DNA from: Candidatus Rokubacteria bacterium GWA2_70_23
GTDB taxonomy: Bacteria > Methylomirabilota > Methylomirabilia > Rokubacteriales > CSP1-6
Direction of reading: 5' to 3'
DNA length: 63,149 bases
Assembly: GCA_001788395.1 (NCBI GenBank)
Contig: MGBT01000060.1
Location: forward strand, 4,233 to 67,381
The notes under the pieces were generated by a model. That model was not told the DNA's origin and made no database searches. It saw nothing but the letters and a program-made list of their open reading frames with translations. A program made the position numbers and the translations under genes. This document shows positions 36,110 to 46,459 of this stretch, piece by piece (within the stretch, counting starts at the first letter, position 1; each line of letters starts with the position of its first letter).

Positions 36110-37523
36110 GCGGACGCGGCTCCCGGCCGACGACAAGTTCCACGACGAGTGCGGGCTCTTCGGCATCTGGAATCACCCCGAGGCGTCCAACGTCACCTAC
36201 CTCGGGCTGTACGCGCTCCAGCACCGCGGCCAGGAGTCGGCCGGGATCGCGGCCACCGACGGCGACCACTTCCACGTCGAGAAGGCCATGGGGTGGGTCG
36301 CGGACGTCTTCACCCGCGAGCGGCTCAAGCGCCTGCCTGGCAGCCGCGCCCTCGGCCATGTCCGCTACTCCACGGCGGGCAGCTCCAACCTCCGGAATGC
36401 CCAGCCCATCAGCGCCAAGACGGTGCACGGGCCGGTGGCCATCGGCCACAACGGCAACCTGGTCAACGCCCAGGATCTGCGGCGGCAGCTGCAGGAAGCC
36501 GGCGCCGTCTTCCAGTCCTCGTCCGACACGGAGGTGATCCTCCACCTCCTGGCCCGCGCCGAGGGCCCGGGGCTCGTGGAGCAGCTCGCGCACGCGCTCT
36601 CGCAGGTCCGGGGGGCCTACAGCCTCCTGCTCCTCACGCGCTCCTCCATCGTTGCCGTTCGCGATCCCTCCGGCTTCCGGCCGCTCTCGCTGGGACGGCT
36701 GGGGGAGGCGTGGGTGGTCGCGTCGGAGACCTGCGCTCTCGATCTGATGGAAGCCACGTTCGTGCGCGACATCGAGCCCGGCGAGGTCCTCGTGATCGAC
36801 GAGAGCGGGCTCACGAGCTACCACCCCTTCCGGCCCCAGGAGCGGCTCTCGTGCGTGTTCGAGTACGTCTACTTCGCGCGTCCCGACTCGATGCTCTGGG
36901 GGCGCAACGTGCACGTGGTTCGCAAGGCGCTGGGCCACCAGCTCGCGCGCGAGCATCCGGTGCAGGCCGACCTGGTGATCCCGGTGCCCGACTCGGGCGT
37001 GGGCGCCGCGCTCGGCTACGCCGAGGAGGCGGGGCTGCCCTACGACATCGGGCTCGTCCGGAACCACTACGTGGGGCGGACCTTCATCGAGCCGAGCCAC
37101 GGCATCCGGCATTTCGGGGTGAAGGTGAAGCTCAATCCCAACCGCGAGGTCCTCGGTGGCCGGCGCGTGGTCGTGGTGGACGACTCCATCGTCCGCGGGA
37201 CGACCAGCCGGAAGATCGTGAAGATGATCCGGGCGGCCGGCGCGCGCGAAGTGCACGTGCGCATCTCCTCGCCGCCCATCCAGTGGCCGTGCTACTACGG
37301 CATCGACACGCCGACGCGGAAGGAGCTGATCGGCGCGAGCCACGACGTGGGGGAGATCCAGCGCTATCTCGGCGCCGACTCCCTGGGCTACCTCTCGCTC
37401 GACGGGATGCTCAAGGCCACGGGGAATGACCCCCACCACTTCTGCCACGCCTGCTTCACCGGACAGTACAAGGTGGGCTTCGAGTCTCCCGACCGCTCCC
37501 AGCTCCGGCTGTTCGAAGCATGA
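36099..37523 (+). CDS. purF: Amidophosphoribosyltransferase
   Basis: ATG 36099 (TTG 36090 alternative). ECGLFGIW N-terminal nucleophile Cys; [17 protein letters not shown] motif; C-terminal Cys ligands. Confidence 0.96.
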
Positions 37524-37541
37524 TCTGCCGTCGCGGCGCTC

Positions 37542-38603
37542 ATGCGCCCGACGCTCGAGGGTAGGCTCCTGAGTCCAGATCCGCTCACGTACCGGGCGGC
37601 CGGCGTGGACATCACCGCCGGCGACGAGGCGGTACGGCGCATCGCCCGACTGGCCGCGTCCACCCATCGGCCCGAGGTCCTGGGTGGGGTCGGCGCCTTC
37701 GCGGCCTTCTGCCGTATCCCGGCCGGGTATCGCGAGCCGGTCCTGGTCTCCTCCACGGACGGCGTGGGGACCAAGCTCAAGATCGCCTTCCTGGCCGACC
37801 GGCACGACACGGTGGGCATCGACCTGGTCGCCATGGGAGTCAACGACCTGCTCGTGCATGGCGCCGAGCCGCTCTACTTCCTCGACTACCTGGCGGTGAA
37901 CCGTGTGGATCCGTCGCGGATCGAGGCCATCGTGTCCGGCATCGCGGCGGGGTGCCGGGATGCGGGATGCGCGCTCGTGGGCGGTGAGACGGCGGAGATG
38001 GGTGACTTCTACGCCCCCGGCGAGTACGACCTGGCCGGGTTCGCAGTGGGCGTGGTCGAGCGGAGCGGGATCGTCACCGGCGCAGAGGTCGAGCCCGGCG
38101 ATCGCGTCCTCGGGCTGGCCGCCTCGGGGCTACACTCCAACGGCTACACACTGGCGCGCAAGGTCCTGCTGGAGCGGCTGGGCCTCGGGATCAACGCCCC
38201 AATGCCAGGGGCCTCCCGGACCGTCGCCGACGAGCTCCTGACGCCCACCCGGATTTACGTCAAGCCGGTGCTGTCGCTGCTGCAGGCCGTGCCCGTCCTC
38301 GCCATGGCGCACATCACCGGCGGCGGCATCACCGAGAACCTTCCGCGCGTCCTGCCAGAGGGCGCTCGCGCCGTGATCGACCGGAGCGCCTGGTCCGTCC
38401 CGCCCGTCTTCCGCGTCATCCAGGAGGCTGGCCAGGTGGACGAGGTCGAGATGCGGCGGACCTTCAACATGGGGCTCGGCTACCTCCTCGTGGTACGCCC
38501 GCGCGATGCCGCGCCGGCCGCCGCGCACCTGCGAGCGGCGGGGGAGCAGGTCTTCGAGGTGGGGGAGATCCGCGCCGGGGCACGCGGGGTCGAGTATGTC
38601 TGA
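37542..38603 (+). CDS. purM: Phosphoribosylformylglycinamidine cyclo-ligase (AIR synthetase)
   Basis: LTYRAAGVDI, STDGVGTKL, GGETAEM. Confidence 0.95.
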   Translation: MRPTLEGRLLSPDPLTYRAAGVDITAGDEAVRRIARLAASTHRPEVLGGVGAFAAFCRIPAGYREPVLVSSTDGVGTKLKIAFLADRHDTVGIDLVAMGVNDLLVHGAEPLYFLDYLAVNRVDPSRIEAIVSGIAAGCRDAGCALVGGETAEMGDFYAPGEYDLAGFAVGVVERSGIVTGAEVEPGDRVLGLAASGLHSNGYTLARKVLLERLGLGINAPMPGASRTVADELLTPTRIYVKPVLSLLQAVPVLAMAHITGGGITENLPRVLPEGARAVIDRSAWSVPPVFRVIQEAGQVDEVEMRRTFNMGLGYLLVVRPRDAAPAAAHLRAAGEQVFEVGEIRAGARGVEYV

Positions 38604-39222
38604 CGCCCCCCGCCTGCGCGTCGGCGTGCTGGCCTCGGGCCGCGGCTCCAACCTGCGCGCCATCCTCTCGGGGGTCGAGGCGCGGCGCGTTCGCGCCGAG
38701 GTCGTCGTGGTCCTCTCGGACCGCTCGGGGGCGGGGGCGCTGGACATCGCGCGGGACCATGGCGTCGAGGCGCTCGTCCTCGACCCGACGCTGCACCCCG
38801 GCCGCGAGGGGTACGACCAGGCGCTCATCGCTCTGCTGGAGGAGCGTCGCGTGGAGCTCGTCTGCCTTGCCGGCTACATGCGCATCCTGAGGCCCGTGTT
38901 CGTCCGCCACTTCGAGGGGCGCCTGCTCAACATCCACCCCGCCCTGCTCCCCGCCTTCCCCGGGCTCCACGCCCAGCGCCAGGCGCTCGAGCACGGTGTG
39001 CGCATCGCGGGGGCGACCGTCCACTTCGTGGACGAGGGCGTGGACACGGGGCCCATCGTGCTGCAGGCCGCCGTGCCCGTGCGGCAGGACGACACCGAGG
39101 CGAGCCTGTCCGACCGGATCCTGGCCGAGGAGCACCGGATCTATCCCGAGGCCATCCGCCTCTTCGCCGAGGGGCGGCTCCGGCTCGAAGACCGCCACGT
39201 TCGCATCCTGGAGGAGCCATGA
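38596..39222 (+). CDS. purN: Phosphoribosylglycinamide formyltransferase
   Basis: ATG 38596 in ORF 38506..39222. VLASGRGSNLRAIL, NIHPALLPAF, ATVHFVDEGVDTGPI. Confidence 0.95.
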   Translation: MSDAPRLRVGVLASGRGSNLRAILSGVEARRVRAEVVVVLSDRSGAGALDIARDHGVEALVLDPTLHPGREGYDQALIALLEERRVELVCLAGYMRILRPVFVRHFEGRLLNIHPALLPAFPGLHAQRQALEHGVRIAGATVHFVDEGVDTGPIVLQAAVPVRQDDTEASLSDRILAEEHRIYPEAIRLFAEGRLRLEDRHVRILEEP

Positions 39223-40838
39223 GTCGAGTACAGCGCGCGCTCATCAGCGTGCATGACAAGACGGGCGTCGTGGAGCTCGGCCGGGGGCTCGCCGCTCTCG
39301 GCGTGGAGATCCTCTCCACCGGCGGCACGGCCGCGCTGCTGCGCGGCGCCGGGATCCCGGTGGTGGATGTGGCGGAGGTCACGGGGTTCCCCGAGATGCT
39401 CGACGGGCGGGTCAAGACGCTGCACCCGAAGGTCCATGGAGGCATCCTGGCGCGGCGGCAGTCGCCTGCCCACATGGCGGCGCTGGCGGCGCAGCAGATC
39501 CGTCCCATCGACCTCGTGGTGGTGGCGCTCTACCCCTTCGAGAAGACGGTGGCCCGCCCGGACGTCACCCTCGCGGAGGCGGTCGAGAACATCGACATCG
39601 GCGGGCCGAGCATGATCCGCGGGGCCGCCAAGAACCACGAGAGCGTCGGCGTGGTGACCGATCCCTCGCAGTACGCCCCCGTGCTCGAGGAGATCCGGCG
39701 CAACGACGGCACGCTCTCTGCGGAGACCCGGTACAGGCTCGCCCACGAGGCGTTCAGACGGACGGCCCAGTACGACGCGGCCATCGCCGCGTACCTCCGC
39801 GATCCCAGCGCGCGCGGCCTCGACCGGCCGGCGGCAGAGCCCGCCCCGGCACAGAGCCCGGCGGCGGGCGAGGCGAGGCTCCCGGCGAGAGTCGTCCTCG
39901 AGTTCGAGCGCGTCCAGGGGCTGCGCTACGGCGAGAACCCGCATCAAGCGGCGGCCTTCTACCGCCCGCCGGGCACGCCTCTGGGGCTGGCGGCCGCCGC
40001 GCAGCTGCACGGCCCCGAGCTGTCCTACAACAACCTGCTCGACTGGTCGGCGGCGCTCGGGCTCCTGCTGGAGTTCGACGACCCGGCGGCCGTGGTCTTC
40101 AAGCACACAAACCCCTGCGGCGTCGCCCTCGGCAGGAGTGCCGGCGAGGCCGTCCGCAAGGCGAAGGCATGCGACCCGGTTTCCATCTACGGCGGCATCG
40201 TCGGCGTGAACCGCCGGCTGGACCTCGAGGTGGTGAAGGAGCTGTCGGGCATCCTGCTGGAGATCCTCTTCGCGCCGGACTTCGCCCCGGAGGCGCTGGA
40301 GGAGCTCCGGCGCACCAAGAAGAAGTGCCGGGTCTTCCGGCTGCCGAGCCTGCGCAGCGACGACCCGGTGCGGATGATGGAGACGCGCAGCGTCCTCGGC
40401 GGTCTCCTCGTGCAGGACGCCGACCTCGCCGACCTGGATCCCGCCGCGCTCAAGGTCGTCTCCCGGCGCCCGCCCACTGACGCCGAGCTGCGGGCGCTTC
40501 GCTTCGCGTGGCGCGTGGCCAAGCACGCCAAGTCCAACGCCATCGTGCTCGCCACGGCGGACCAGGTCATCGGGGTAGGCGCCGGGCAGATGAACCGGGT
40601 GGACTCCGCCCGAATCGCGGTGATGCGCGCCAAGGAGGTGGGCCTCGAGACGCGGGGCACGGTCTGCGCCTCGGACGCCTTCTTCCCCTTCCGCGACGGG
40701 CTCGACGTGGTGGCGCAGGCCGGCGCCACGGCGGCGCTTCATCCCGGGGGATCGGTCCGGGACGAAGAGGTGATCGCCGCCGCCAACGAGCACGGCATGG
40801 CGATGGTCACGACCGGCATCCGCCACTTCAAGCATTGA
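39219..40838 (+). CDS. purH: Bifunctional AICAR transformylase / IMP cyclohydrolase
   Basis: ATGA overlap with pur[24 protein letters not shown]-terminal RHFKH. Confidence 0.97.
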   Translation: MSRVQRALISVHDKTGVVELGRGLAALGVEILSTGGTAALLRGAGIPVVDVAEVTGFPEMLDGRVKTLHPKVHGGILARRQSPAHMAALAAQQIRPIDLVVVALYPFEKTVARPDVTLAEAVENIDIGGPSMIRGAAKNHESVGVVTDPSQYAPVLEEIRRNDGTLSAETRYRLAHEAFRRTAQYDAAIAAYLRDPSARGLDRPAAEPAPAQSPAAGEARLPARVVLEFERVQGLRYGENPHQAAAFYRPPGTPLGLAAAAQLHGPELSYNNLLDWSAALGLLLEFDDPAAVVFKHTNPCGVALGRSAGEAVRKAKACDPVSIYGGIVGVNRRLDLEVVKELSGILLEILFAPDFAPEALEELRRTKKKCRVFRLPSLRSDDPVRMMETRSVLGGLLVQDADLADLDPAALKVVSRRPPTDAELRALRFAWRVAKHAKSNAIVLATADQVIGVGAGQMNRVDSARIAVMRAKEVGLETRGTVCASDAFFPFRDGLDVVAQAGATAALHPGGSVRDEEVIAAANEHGMAMVTTGIRHFKH

Positions 40839-40842
40839 TGCT

Positions 40843-41769
40843 GTGACCGTGGCCCAGCCCGAGCGCGTCTTCACCCTGCGGGAATTGACTCGCCTGCTGC
40901 GCCTCACTGCCAGGCGAGCCGCCCAGCTCCGGCGCCTCGGCCTCCTGCCCGCCGACGGCGAGGGTTACCGCTTCCGCGATCTCGTGGCCTGCCGCGTGGG
41001 CGCTGCCCTGCTCGAGGCGGGGGCCACCGTGCGGCAGGTGCGCGAGGCGCTCGAGGGCGCCCGGCGGCTCGCCCCCGACGCCGAGGCGCCGCTCGCCGAG
41101 CTGCGCCTGCTGGTGGAGGACCGGCGCGTGATCATGGAGCAGGACCGCCTGCGGTTCGATCCGCGCACCGGGCAGGGGCTCCTTGACTTCTCCGAGGCGG
41201 AGCTGGCGCGAGAGGCCACCGAGTCCCTCTCGTGGGGAATGGTCCGTCCCCTGATCCCGCCGGCGCACGACGCGGAGGCGTGGTTCGCGCGCGCGTCGGC
41301 CTGGGACGGCGATCCCGAGCAGTGGGAGGCGGCAGTGGAGGCCTACGGGCGCGTGGTGTCCATCGACCCGGGCTATGCCGCGGCATGGAACAACCTCGGG
41401 CTGTTGCAGCACCGCATGGGCCACTACGAGCGGGCGGGGCAGTGCTACGAGGCTGCGCTGGCGGCCGACGAGGCCTGCCCGCAGGCCGCGTTCAACCTGG
41501 GCTCGCTGCACGAGGACCTGGGCGACTTCCCCGTGGCCATCACCTGGTACCGCCGTGCCATCGAGATGCAGCCCGATTACGCCGACGCCCATTTCAACCT
41601 GGCGGGGGTGCTCGGCAAGGTCGGGCGGGCCGAGACGGCGGCGCACCACTGGCGGCGCTACCTCGAGCTGGACCTCGGGAGCCCGTGGGCCCAGATCGCC
41701 CGCTCCCATCTCGCCGCGGTGGAGGGCCGGCCTGACCGTGGGGAGCGCTCCGGGGAGGGGGACGAATGA
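40843..41769 (+). CDS. MerR-like HTH domain protein fused to TPR repeats
   Basis: GTG start. N-terminal [26 protein letters not shown]...YRFRDLV resembles a MerR-type HTH. The C-terminal half has 3-4 TPR units ([26 protein letters not shown]). Confidence 0.7.
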   Translation: MTVAQPERVFTLRELTRLLRLTARRAAQLRRLGLLPADGEGYRFRDLVACRVGAALLEAGATVRQVREALEGARRLAPDAEAPLAELRLLVEDRRVIMEQDRLRFDPRTGQGLLDFSEAELAREATESLSWGMVRPLIPPAHDAEAWFARASAWDGDPEQWEAAVEAYGRVVSIDPGYAAAWNNLGLLQHRMGHYERAGQCYEAALAADEACPQAAFNLGSLHEDLGDFPVAITWYRRAIEMQPDYADAHFNLAGVLGKVGRAETAAHHWRRYLELDLGSPWAQIARSHLAAVEGRPDRGERSGEGDE

Positions 41770-43058
41770 AGGCGCTCCTGGTCGGTGGCGGCGGGCGCGA
41801 GCATGCGCTCGCGTGGAAAATCGCTCAAAGCCCGCTCCTGAGCGGGCTCGTGGTCGCTCCCGGCAATCCCGGCATCGCGCGCCACGGCCGCTGCGTGCCC
41901 GTGCGCGCCACGGCCGTGGACGACCTGGTGGCGCTGGCCGCGGCAGAGCGTGTGGACCTCGTGGTCGTGGGGCCCGAGGCGCCGCTGGCGCTCGGGCTCG
42001 GCGACCGGCTGCGGGCGGCGGGGCTCGCCGTCTTCGGTCCCGGCGCCGCCGCCGCGCGCCTCGAGAGCAGCAAGGCCTTCGCCAAGGACCTGATGGCGCG
42101 CCACGGCATCCCCACCGCGCGCTTCCGCGTGTTCGACGCGCCAGCGCCGGCGCGCGCCTTCTGCCGCGAGCTGGGCGCGCCCCTCGTGGTCAAGGCCGAC
42201 GGCCTTGCGGCGGGCAAGGGGGCAATCGTGTGCCGCAGCCTCGAGGAGGCTGACCGCGCGGTCGCGCTCTGCCTCGATGAGCGGGCCTTCGGCGAGGCCG
42301 GCCTCCGGGTGGTCGTCGAGGAGTTCCTGGTGGGCGAGGAGGCATCATTCTTCGCGCTGTCCGACGGCGCAGCAGTGCTGCCGCTCCAGGCTGCCCAGGA
42401 CCACAAGACGGTGTGCGACGACGACCAGGGACCGAACACGGGCGGGATGGGGGCCTATTCTCCGGCGCCGGTGATGGATGAGGCCACCACGGAGCGGGTG
42501 ATGGCGGAGATCGTGCGGCCCACCATCGCGGCCATGGCGAAGGAGGGGGCTCCCTACAGCGGGTTGCTCTTCGTCGGGCTCATGATCACTCGCGACGGAC
42601 CCCGCGTGATCGAGTTCAACTGCCGGTTCGGCGATCCGGAGTGCCAGGCGATCTTGCCCAGGCTCGACCAGGATCTCCTGCCGCTGCTCGACGCGGTCGC
42701 GCGAGGGCGCGGGCTGCCGGCCTCGGTGAGATGGCGCGCGGCCTCCTCGGTGTGCGTCGTCATGGTCTCCGGCGGGTACCCGGGGACATACGAGACCGGG
42801 CGCCCCATCGCGGGCCTCGACGCCGCCGGGGCGCTGCCCGAGGCCGAAGGCGTCCAGGTCTTCCACGCGGGTACCGCGCTGCGGGACGGGCTCCTGGTCT
42901 CGGCAGGGGGGCGCGTGCTTGGCGTGCAGGCCCTCGGTCGCGACATCCGCGAGGCCGTCACGCGGGCCTATGCGGCCGTGGGGCGGATCGGCTTCGCCGG
43001 CGCTCACTTCCGCACGGACATCGGTCGCCGCGCGCTCGCTCGCCAGGAGTCCCCGTGA
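41766..43058 (+). CDS. purD: Phosphoribosylamine--glycine ligase
   Basis: ATGA overlap. [18 protein letters not shown]; ATP-grasp segments. Confidence 0.96.
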   Translation: MKALLVGGGGREHALAWKIAQSPLLSGLVVAPGNPGIARHGRCVPVRATAVDDLVALAAAERVDLVVVGPEAPLALGLGDRLRAAGLAVFGPGAAAARLESSKAFAKDLMARHGIPTARFRVFDAPAPARAFCRELGAPLVVKADGLAAGKGAIVCRSLEEADRAVALCLDERAFGEAGLRVVVEEFLVGEEASFFALSDGAAVLPLQAAQDHKTVCDDDQGPNTGGMGAYSPAPVMDEATTERVMAEIVRPTIAAMAKEGAPYSGLLFVGLMITRDGPRVIEFNCRFGDPECQAILPRLDQDLLPLLDAVARGRGLPASVRWRAASSVCVVMVSGGYPGTYETGRPIAGLDAAGALPEAEGVQVFHAGTALRDGLLVSAGGRVLGVQALGRDIREAVTRAYAAVGRIGFAGAHFRTDIGRRALARQESP

Positions 43059-43675
43059 CGCGTCTCCTCGACGTGGACCCGCGGCAGCCCCTGGCCGCCA
43101 CGCTGGCTGAGGCCGCCTCGGTGCTCAAGTCCGGTGGGCTCGTGGCCTTCCCGACGGAGAGCTTCTACGGCCTCGGTGCCGACGCGCTCAACGCCGAGGC
43201 CGTGGAGCGCGTCTTCCGCATCAAGGGCCGCCCCGAGTCCAAGCCGCTGCTCGTGCTGGTGGATGGGATCGAGCGCGTCGAGGCGCTGTGCGTGGAAATC
43301 TCCGAGGGGGCGAGGGCGCTCATGGCGCGTCACTGGCCCGGCGCGCTCACGCTCGTGCTCCGGGCAGCGCCCGGCGTGCCCGCTTCCCTCACCGCGGGGA
43401 CGGGAATGCTCGGCGTGCGCGTGCCGGGGCATCCGGTGGCGCTCGGCCTGGTCCGCGCCGCGGCCCTCCCCGTCACGGCGCCCAGCGCCAACCCGAGCGG
43501 CGGGGAGCCGCCCACCACACCCGAGGCCGTGCGTGGGTACTTCGAGGGGCAGGTGGATCTGATCCTCGCCGCCGGGCCCACGGCGGGTGGCGCCGGCTCC
43601 ACCGTCGCCGACTGCACGGCGTGGCCGCCCCGCGTGGTGCGCCAGGGGTCTGTCCGGCTCTGCCCATGCGCGTGA
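43055..43675 (+). CDS. tsaC: L-threonylcarbamoyladenylate synthase (YrdC/TsaC type)
   Basis: GTG 43055 (GTGA overlap) in ORF 42641..43675. PTESFYGLGADA, KGRPESKPL, TAPSANPSG. Confidence 0.9.
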   Translation: MTRLLDVDPRQPLAATLAEAASVLKSGGLVAFPTESFYGLGADALNAEAVERVFRIKGRPESKPLLVLVDGIERVEALCVEISEGARALMARHWPGALTLVLRAAPGVPASLTAGTGMLGVRVPGHPVALGLVRAAALPVTAPSANPSGGEPPTTPEAVRGYFEGQVDLILAAGPTAGGAGSTVADCTAWPPRVVRQGSVRLCPCA

Positions 43676-44268
43676 CGGGCGTGATCCAGGCGGGGGGCAA
43701 GAGCATCCGGATGGGCGGGGCGCCCAAGGCCCTCGTGCCCCTCGGGGGGCGGTCCATCATCGAGCGCGTCGTCGACGCCGTGCGGGCGGTCACAGGCGAC
43801 GTGCTGATCGTCACCAACACGCCGGCGCTCTACGCCCACCTCGGGCTTCCCATGGTGCCCGACGTCTTCCCAGACCACGGCTCTCTCGGCGGCATCTACT
43901 CGGGGCTCGCGGCAGTGCCGGGCGACGCCGCCTTCACCGTCGCCTGCGACATGCCCTTCCTCTCCGTGGAGGTGGTCCGCCTCGTCGCCTCGCGCGCGGC
44001 CGAGGCCGATGTGGTCATCCCGCAGATCGCCGGGCAGTGGGAGACGCTCCACGCCTGCTACGCCAAGTCCTGTCTCGGGCCCATCGAGCGGCGGCTCCGC
44101 TCGGGCCGGCTCAAGATCATCGGCTTCTTCGACGAGGTGCGGGTGCTGGCCATCACGGAAGCCCAGATCGCGCGCCTCTGCGACCCCGCGGTTGTATTCA
44201 TGAACGTCAACACGCCGGACGAGCTGGATCGAGCGCGCGCCCTCGCCGCCTCCCTCGAGGCGCGATAG
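43666..44268 (+). CDS. mobA: Molybdenum cofactor guanylyltransferase
   Basis: ATG 43666 in ORF 43288..44268. GVIQAGGKSIRMG; ACDMPFL. Confidence 0.88.
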   Translation: MRVTGVIQAGGKSIRMGGAPKALVPLGGRSIIERVVDAVRAVTGDVLIVTNTPALYAHLGLPMVPDVFPDHGSLGGIYSGLAAVPGDAAFTVACDMPFLSVEVVRLVASRAAEADVVIPQIAGQWETLHACYAKSCLGPIERRLRSGRLKIIGFFDEVRVLAITEAQIARLCDPAVVFMNVNTPDELDRARALAASLEAR

Positions 44269-44269
44269 C

Positions 44270-45079
44270 GTGGACGCCCGCGTCGACGGGCTGGGCCTGG
44301 GCTCCATCCAGGAGATCAACGCGCTCCCGCGGGAGATGGCGGAGGCCCTCTATCTGCGCCTCGTGCCGGACGATCTCCTGCAGCGCTTCGCCATCGATCC
44401 GGGCACGCTCCGCGGGCGGGACGGGGGGCGGCTCGTCCGCATCACGGCGCCCGAGGACAAGCCGTGGGTGCGCGTGGAGGTGCGGCAGGCCGAGGAGGAC
44501 CGGGACCCGGCGCTCCTCGTGGATGTGGAGACGTCGCCGCTGTCGGTGCCGGAGCTCGCCTTCGTCCAGATCAACGACCCCACGGCGCCACGCTACGCCA
44601 TCGACAGCGACGTGGACGGGCGTGACACCCTCTTCGGCACGGCCTCGCGAAACCTGGCGGAGGAGCTGCGGGCCATGCAGGACGGGCTCGCGCCCGGGCA
44701 GGTCCGCCGGGGCCTCCGCATGCTGGCGCAGGTCCTGGAGTCCATGGAGCACTTCTGCTCGCTCATGGGCAAGGAGATCTACCTGATCGACCCGCTCTTC
44801 TACCACTCGGCCATCCTCTACGAACGCCATGGGTGCGGCTATCTCATGGGGCGCGAGACCATGGAGAGTATCCACGAGGGCTTCGGTCCAGGCGGGCCCC
44901 TTGCCGCGCGGCTCGACGGCTCCTCCCCCTTCCGCCAACCGGGCGCCGGACGCACCGTGCGCCGGCGGAGCTGGGCGCTCCACGACGGCATCGCGGACGA
45001 TCCCTGGGGCGGCGTCAAGATGTACAAGGCCGCCGGGCGCGCCGTGCAGGTGAGCACCTTTCCGGACGCGCTATACTAG
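44270..45079 (+). CDS. Hypothetical protein (269 aa), family not recognised
   Basis: GTG start 2 nt after the mobA stop. Uninterrupted GC3-biased ORF with a non-low-complexity sequence. I recognise no motif. Confidence 0.65.
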   Translation: MDARVDGLGLGSIQEINALPREMAEALYLRLVPDDLLQRFAIDPGTLRGRDGGRLVRITAPEDKPWVRVEVRQAEEDRDPALLVDVETSPLSVPELAFVQINDPTAPRYAIDSDVDGRDTLFGTASRNLAEELRAMQDGLAPGQVRRGLRMLAQVLESMEHFCSLMGKEIYLIDPLFYHSAILYERHGCGYLMGRETMESIHEGFGPGGPLAARLDGSSPFRQPGAGRTVRRRSWALHDGIADDPWGGVKMYKAAGRAVQVSTFPDALY

Positions 45080-45086
45080 CGGCGCC

Positions 45087-45218
45087 ATGCCACGCAAGAA
45101 GCCGGTGCACGCGCGCGTGCGCAAGCCGATGCCGCGCAAGCCCCCGAAGGTGGAGATCCCCAAGACCGCCTACCGGCGGCGTCCCAAGCACGCCAAGCCC
45201 CGGGAGGCGGAGGCGTAA
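45087..45218 (+). CDS. 43-aa highly basic small protein (not in ORF track)
   Basis: MPRKKPVHARVRKPMPRKPPKVEIPKTAYRRRPKHAKPREAEA. 41 of 43 codons end in G/C (hand count). TAATG stop-start overlap with thiI. Confidence 0.55.
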   Translation: MPRKKPVHARVRKPMPRKPPKVEIPKTAYRRRPKHAKPREAEA

Positions 45219-46459
45219 TGGAGACGGCCCGCGACCGCTGCGTGATCGTCCACTACCACGAGATCAGCCTCAAGCGCGGCAACCGCCCGCTCTTCCTGCG
45301 GCGCCTCCAGCAGAACCTGGTGCGCGCGCTCGAGGACCTCGGCGCCCCGCGCGTGACCCAGCTCACCGGGCGCATCGTCCTTGAGCCGCCGCCGGGTGCC
45401 GATCCGGAGGTCGTGGTGGAGCGTCTCCGCCACGTCTTCGGCGTGGCCAATCTCGCGCTGGCCGAGCGGACGGGGACCTCGCTCGAGGAGCTGAAGCGGG
45501 GGGTTGACCGGGTGACGCAGGGGCGGACCTTCGCCTCGTTCCGGATCACGGCGCGGCGCGCCTTCAAGACGCTGCCCCACACCTCCGTGGAGCTGAACCG
45601 CGAGCTGGGCGCCCATGTGCTCGGGCGCCACGCCACGCGCGTGGACCTGGAGCAGTCCGAGCTCAACATCCACGTGGAGGTGCTCCCGGGGCAGGCCTTC
45701 GTCTATGGCGGCCGGCGCCCCGGCCCAGGTGGTCTCCCGGTGGGCGTGAGCGGGACCGTGGCGGCCCTCCTCTCGGGTGGCATCGACTCCCCCGTGGCCG
45801 CGTGGCGCCTGATGAAGCGCGGCTGCCGCGTGGTCTTCGTCCACTTCCACAGCGTGCCGTACCTGCCGGACGACTCGATCCGGAAGGCGCGCGATCTGGC
45901 CGAGCGGCTGACCCGGTGGCAGTACTACTCGCGCCTCTCCCTCGTGCCTTTCGGCGAGATCCAGCGCTCCGTGGTGCTGGCGGTGCCGGGACCGGCGCGC
46001 GTGGTGATCTATCGCCGGCTCATGATGCGCATCGCCGAGGCCCTCGGCCGGCGCGCAGGGGCGGCGGCGCTCGTGACGGGCGACAGTCTCGGGCAGGTGG
46101 CCTCCCAGACGCTCCAGAACCTGGCGTGCATCGAAGGGGCGGCGGGGCTCCCGGTGCTGCGTCCGCTCATCGGCATGGACAAGCTCGAGATCACGGCCCA
46201 GGCGCAAGTCCTCGGAACCTTCGAGACCTCCATCGAGCCCGACGCCGACTGCTGCACGCTCTTCGTGCCCAAGCACCCGGGCACGCGCGTGAGCCGGGAG
46301 GAGGCCGCGGCCATGGAGGCGCGGCTCGACGTGGCGGCGCTGGTGGCCCAGGGCGTCGAGGGCGCGCGTGAGGAGACCATCGCCTTCCCCCCCGGCTCCG
46401 GCCCCTACCCCGCCAAAGAGAACCGGGAAGCGCGCGCCGCAGGATCCCGGCCCCGATGA
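45218..46459 (+). CDS. thiI: tRNA 4-thiouridine(8) synthase ThiI (no rhodanese domain evident)
   Basis: THUMP-like N-terminal half. SGGIDSPVAAW PP-loop; TGDSLGQVASQTL. Stop lies inside the repeat box CCCCGATGAG. Confidence 0.9.
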   Translation: METARDRCVIVHYHEISLKRGNRPLFLRRLQQNLVRALEDLGAPRVTQLTGRIVLEPPPGADPEVVVERLRHVFGVANLALAERTGTSLEELKRGVDRVTQGRTFASFRITARRAFKTLPHTSVELNRELGAHVLGRHATRVDLEQSELNIHVEVLPGQAFVYGGRRPGPGGLPVGVSGTVAALLSGGIDSPVAAWRLMKRGCRVVFVHFHSVPYLPDDSIRKARDLAERLTRWQYYSRLSLVPFGEIQRSVVLAVPGPARVVIYRRLMMRIAEALGRRAGAAALVTGDSLGQVASQTLQNLACIEGAAGLPVLRPLIGMDKLEITAQAQVLGTFETSIEPDADCCTLFVPKHPGTRVSREEAAAMEARLDVAALVAQGVEGAREETIAFPPGSGPYPAKENREARAAGSRPR

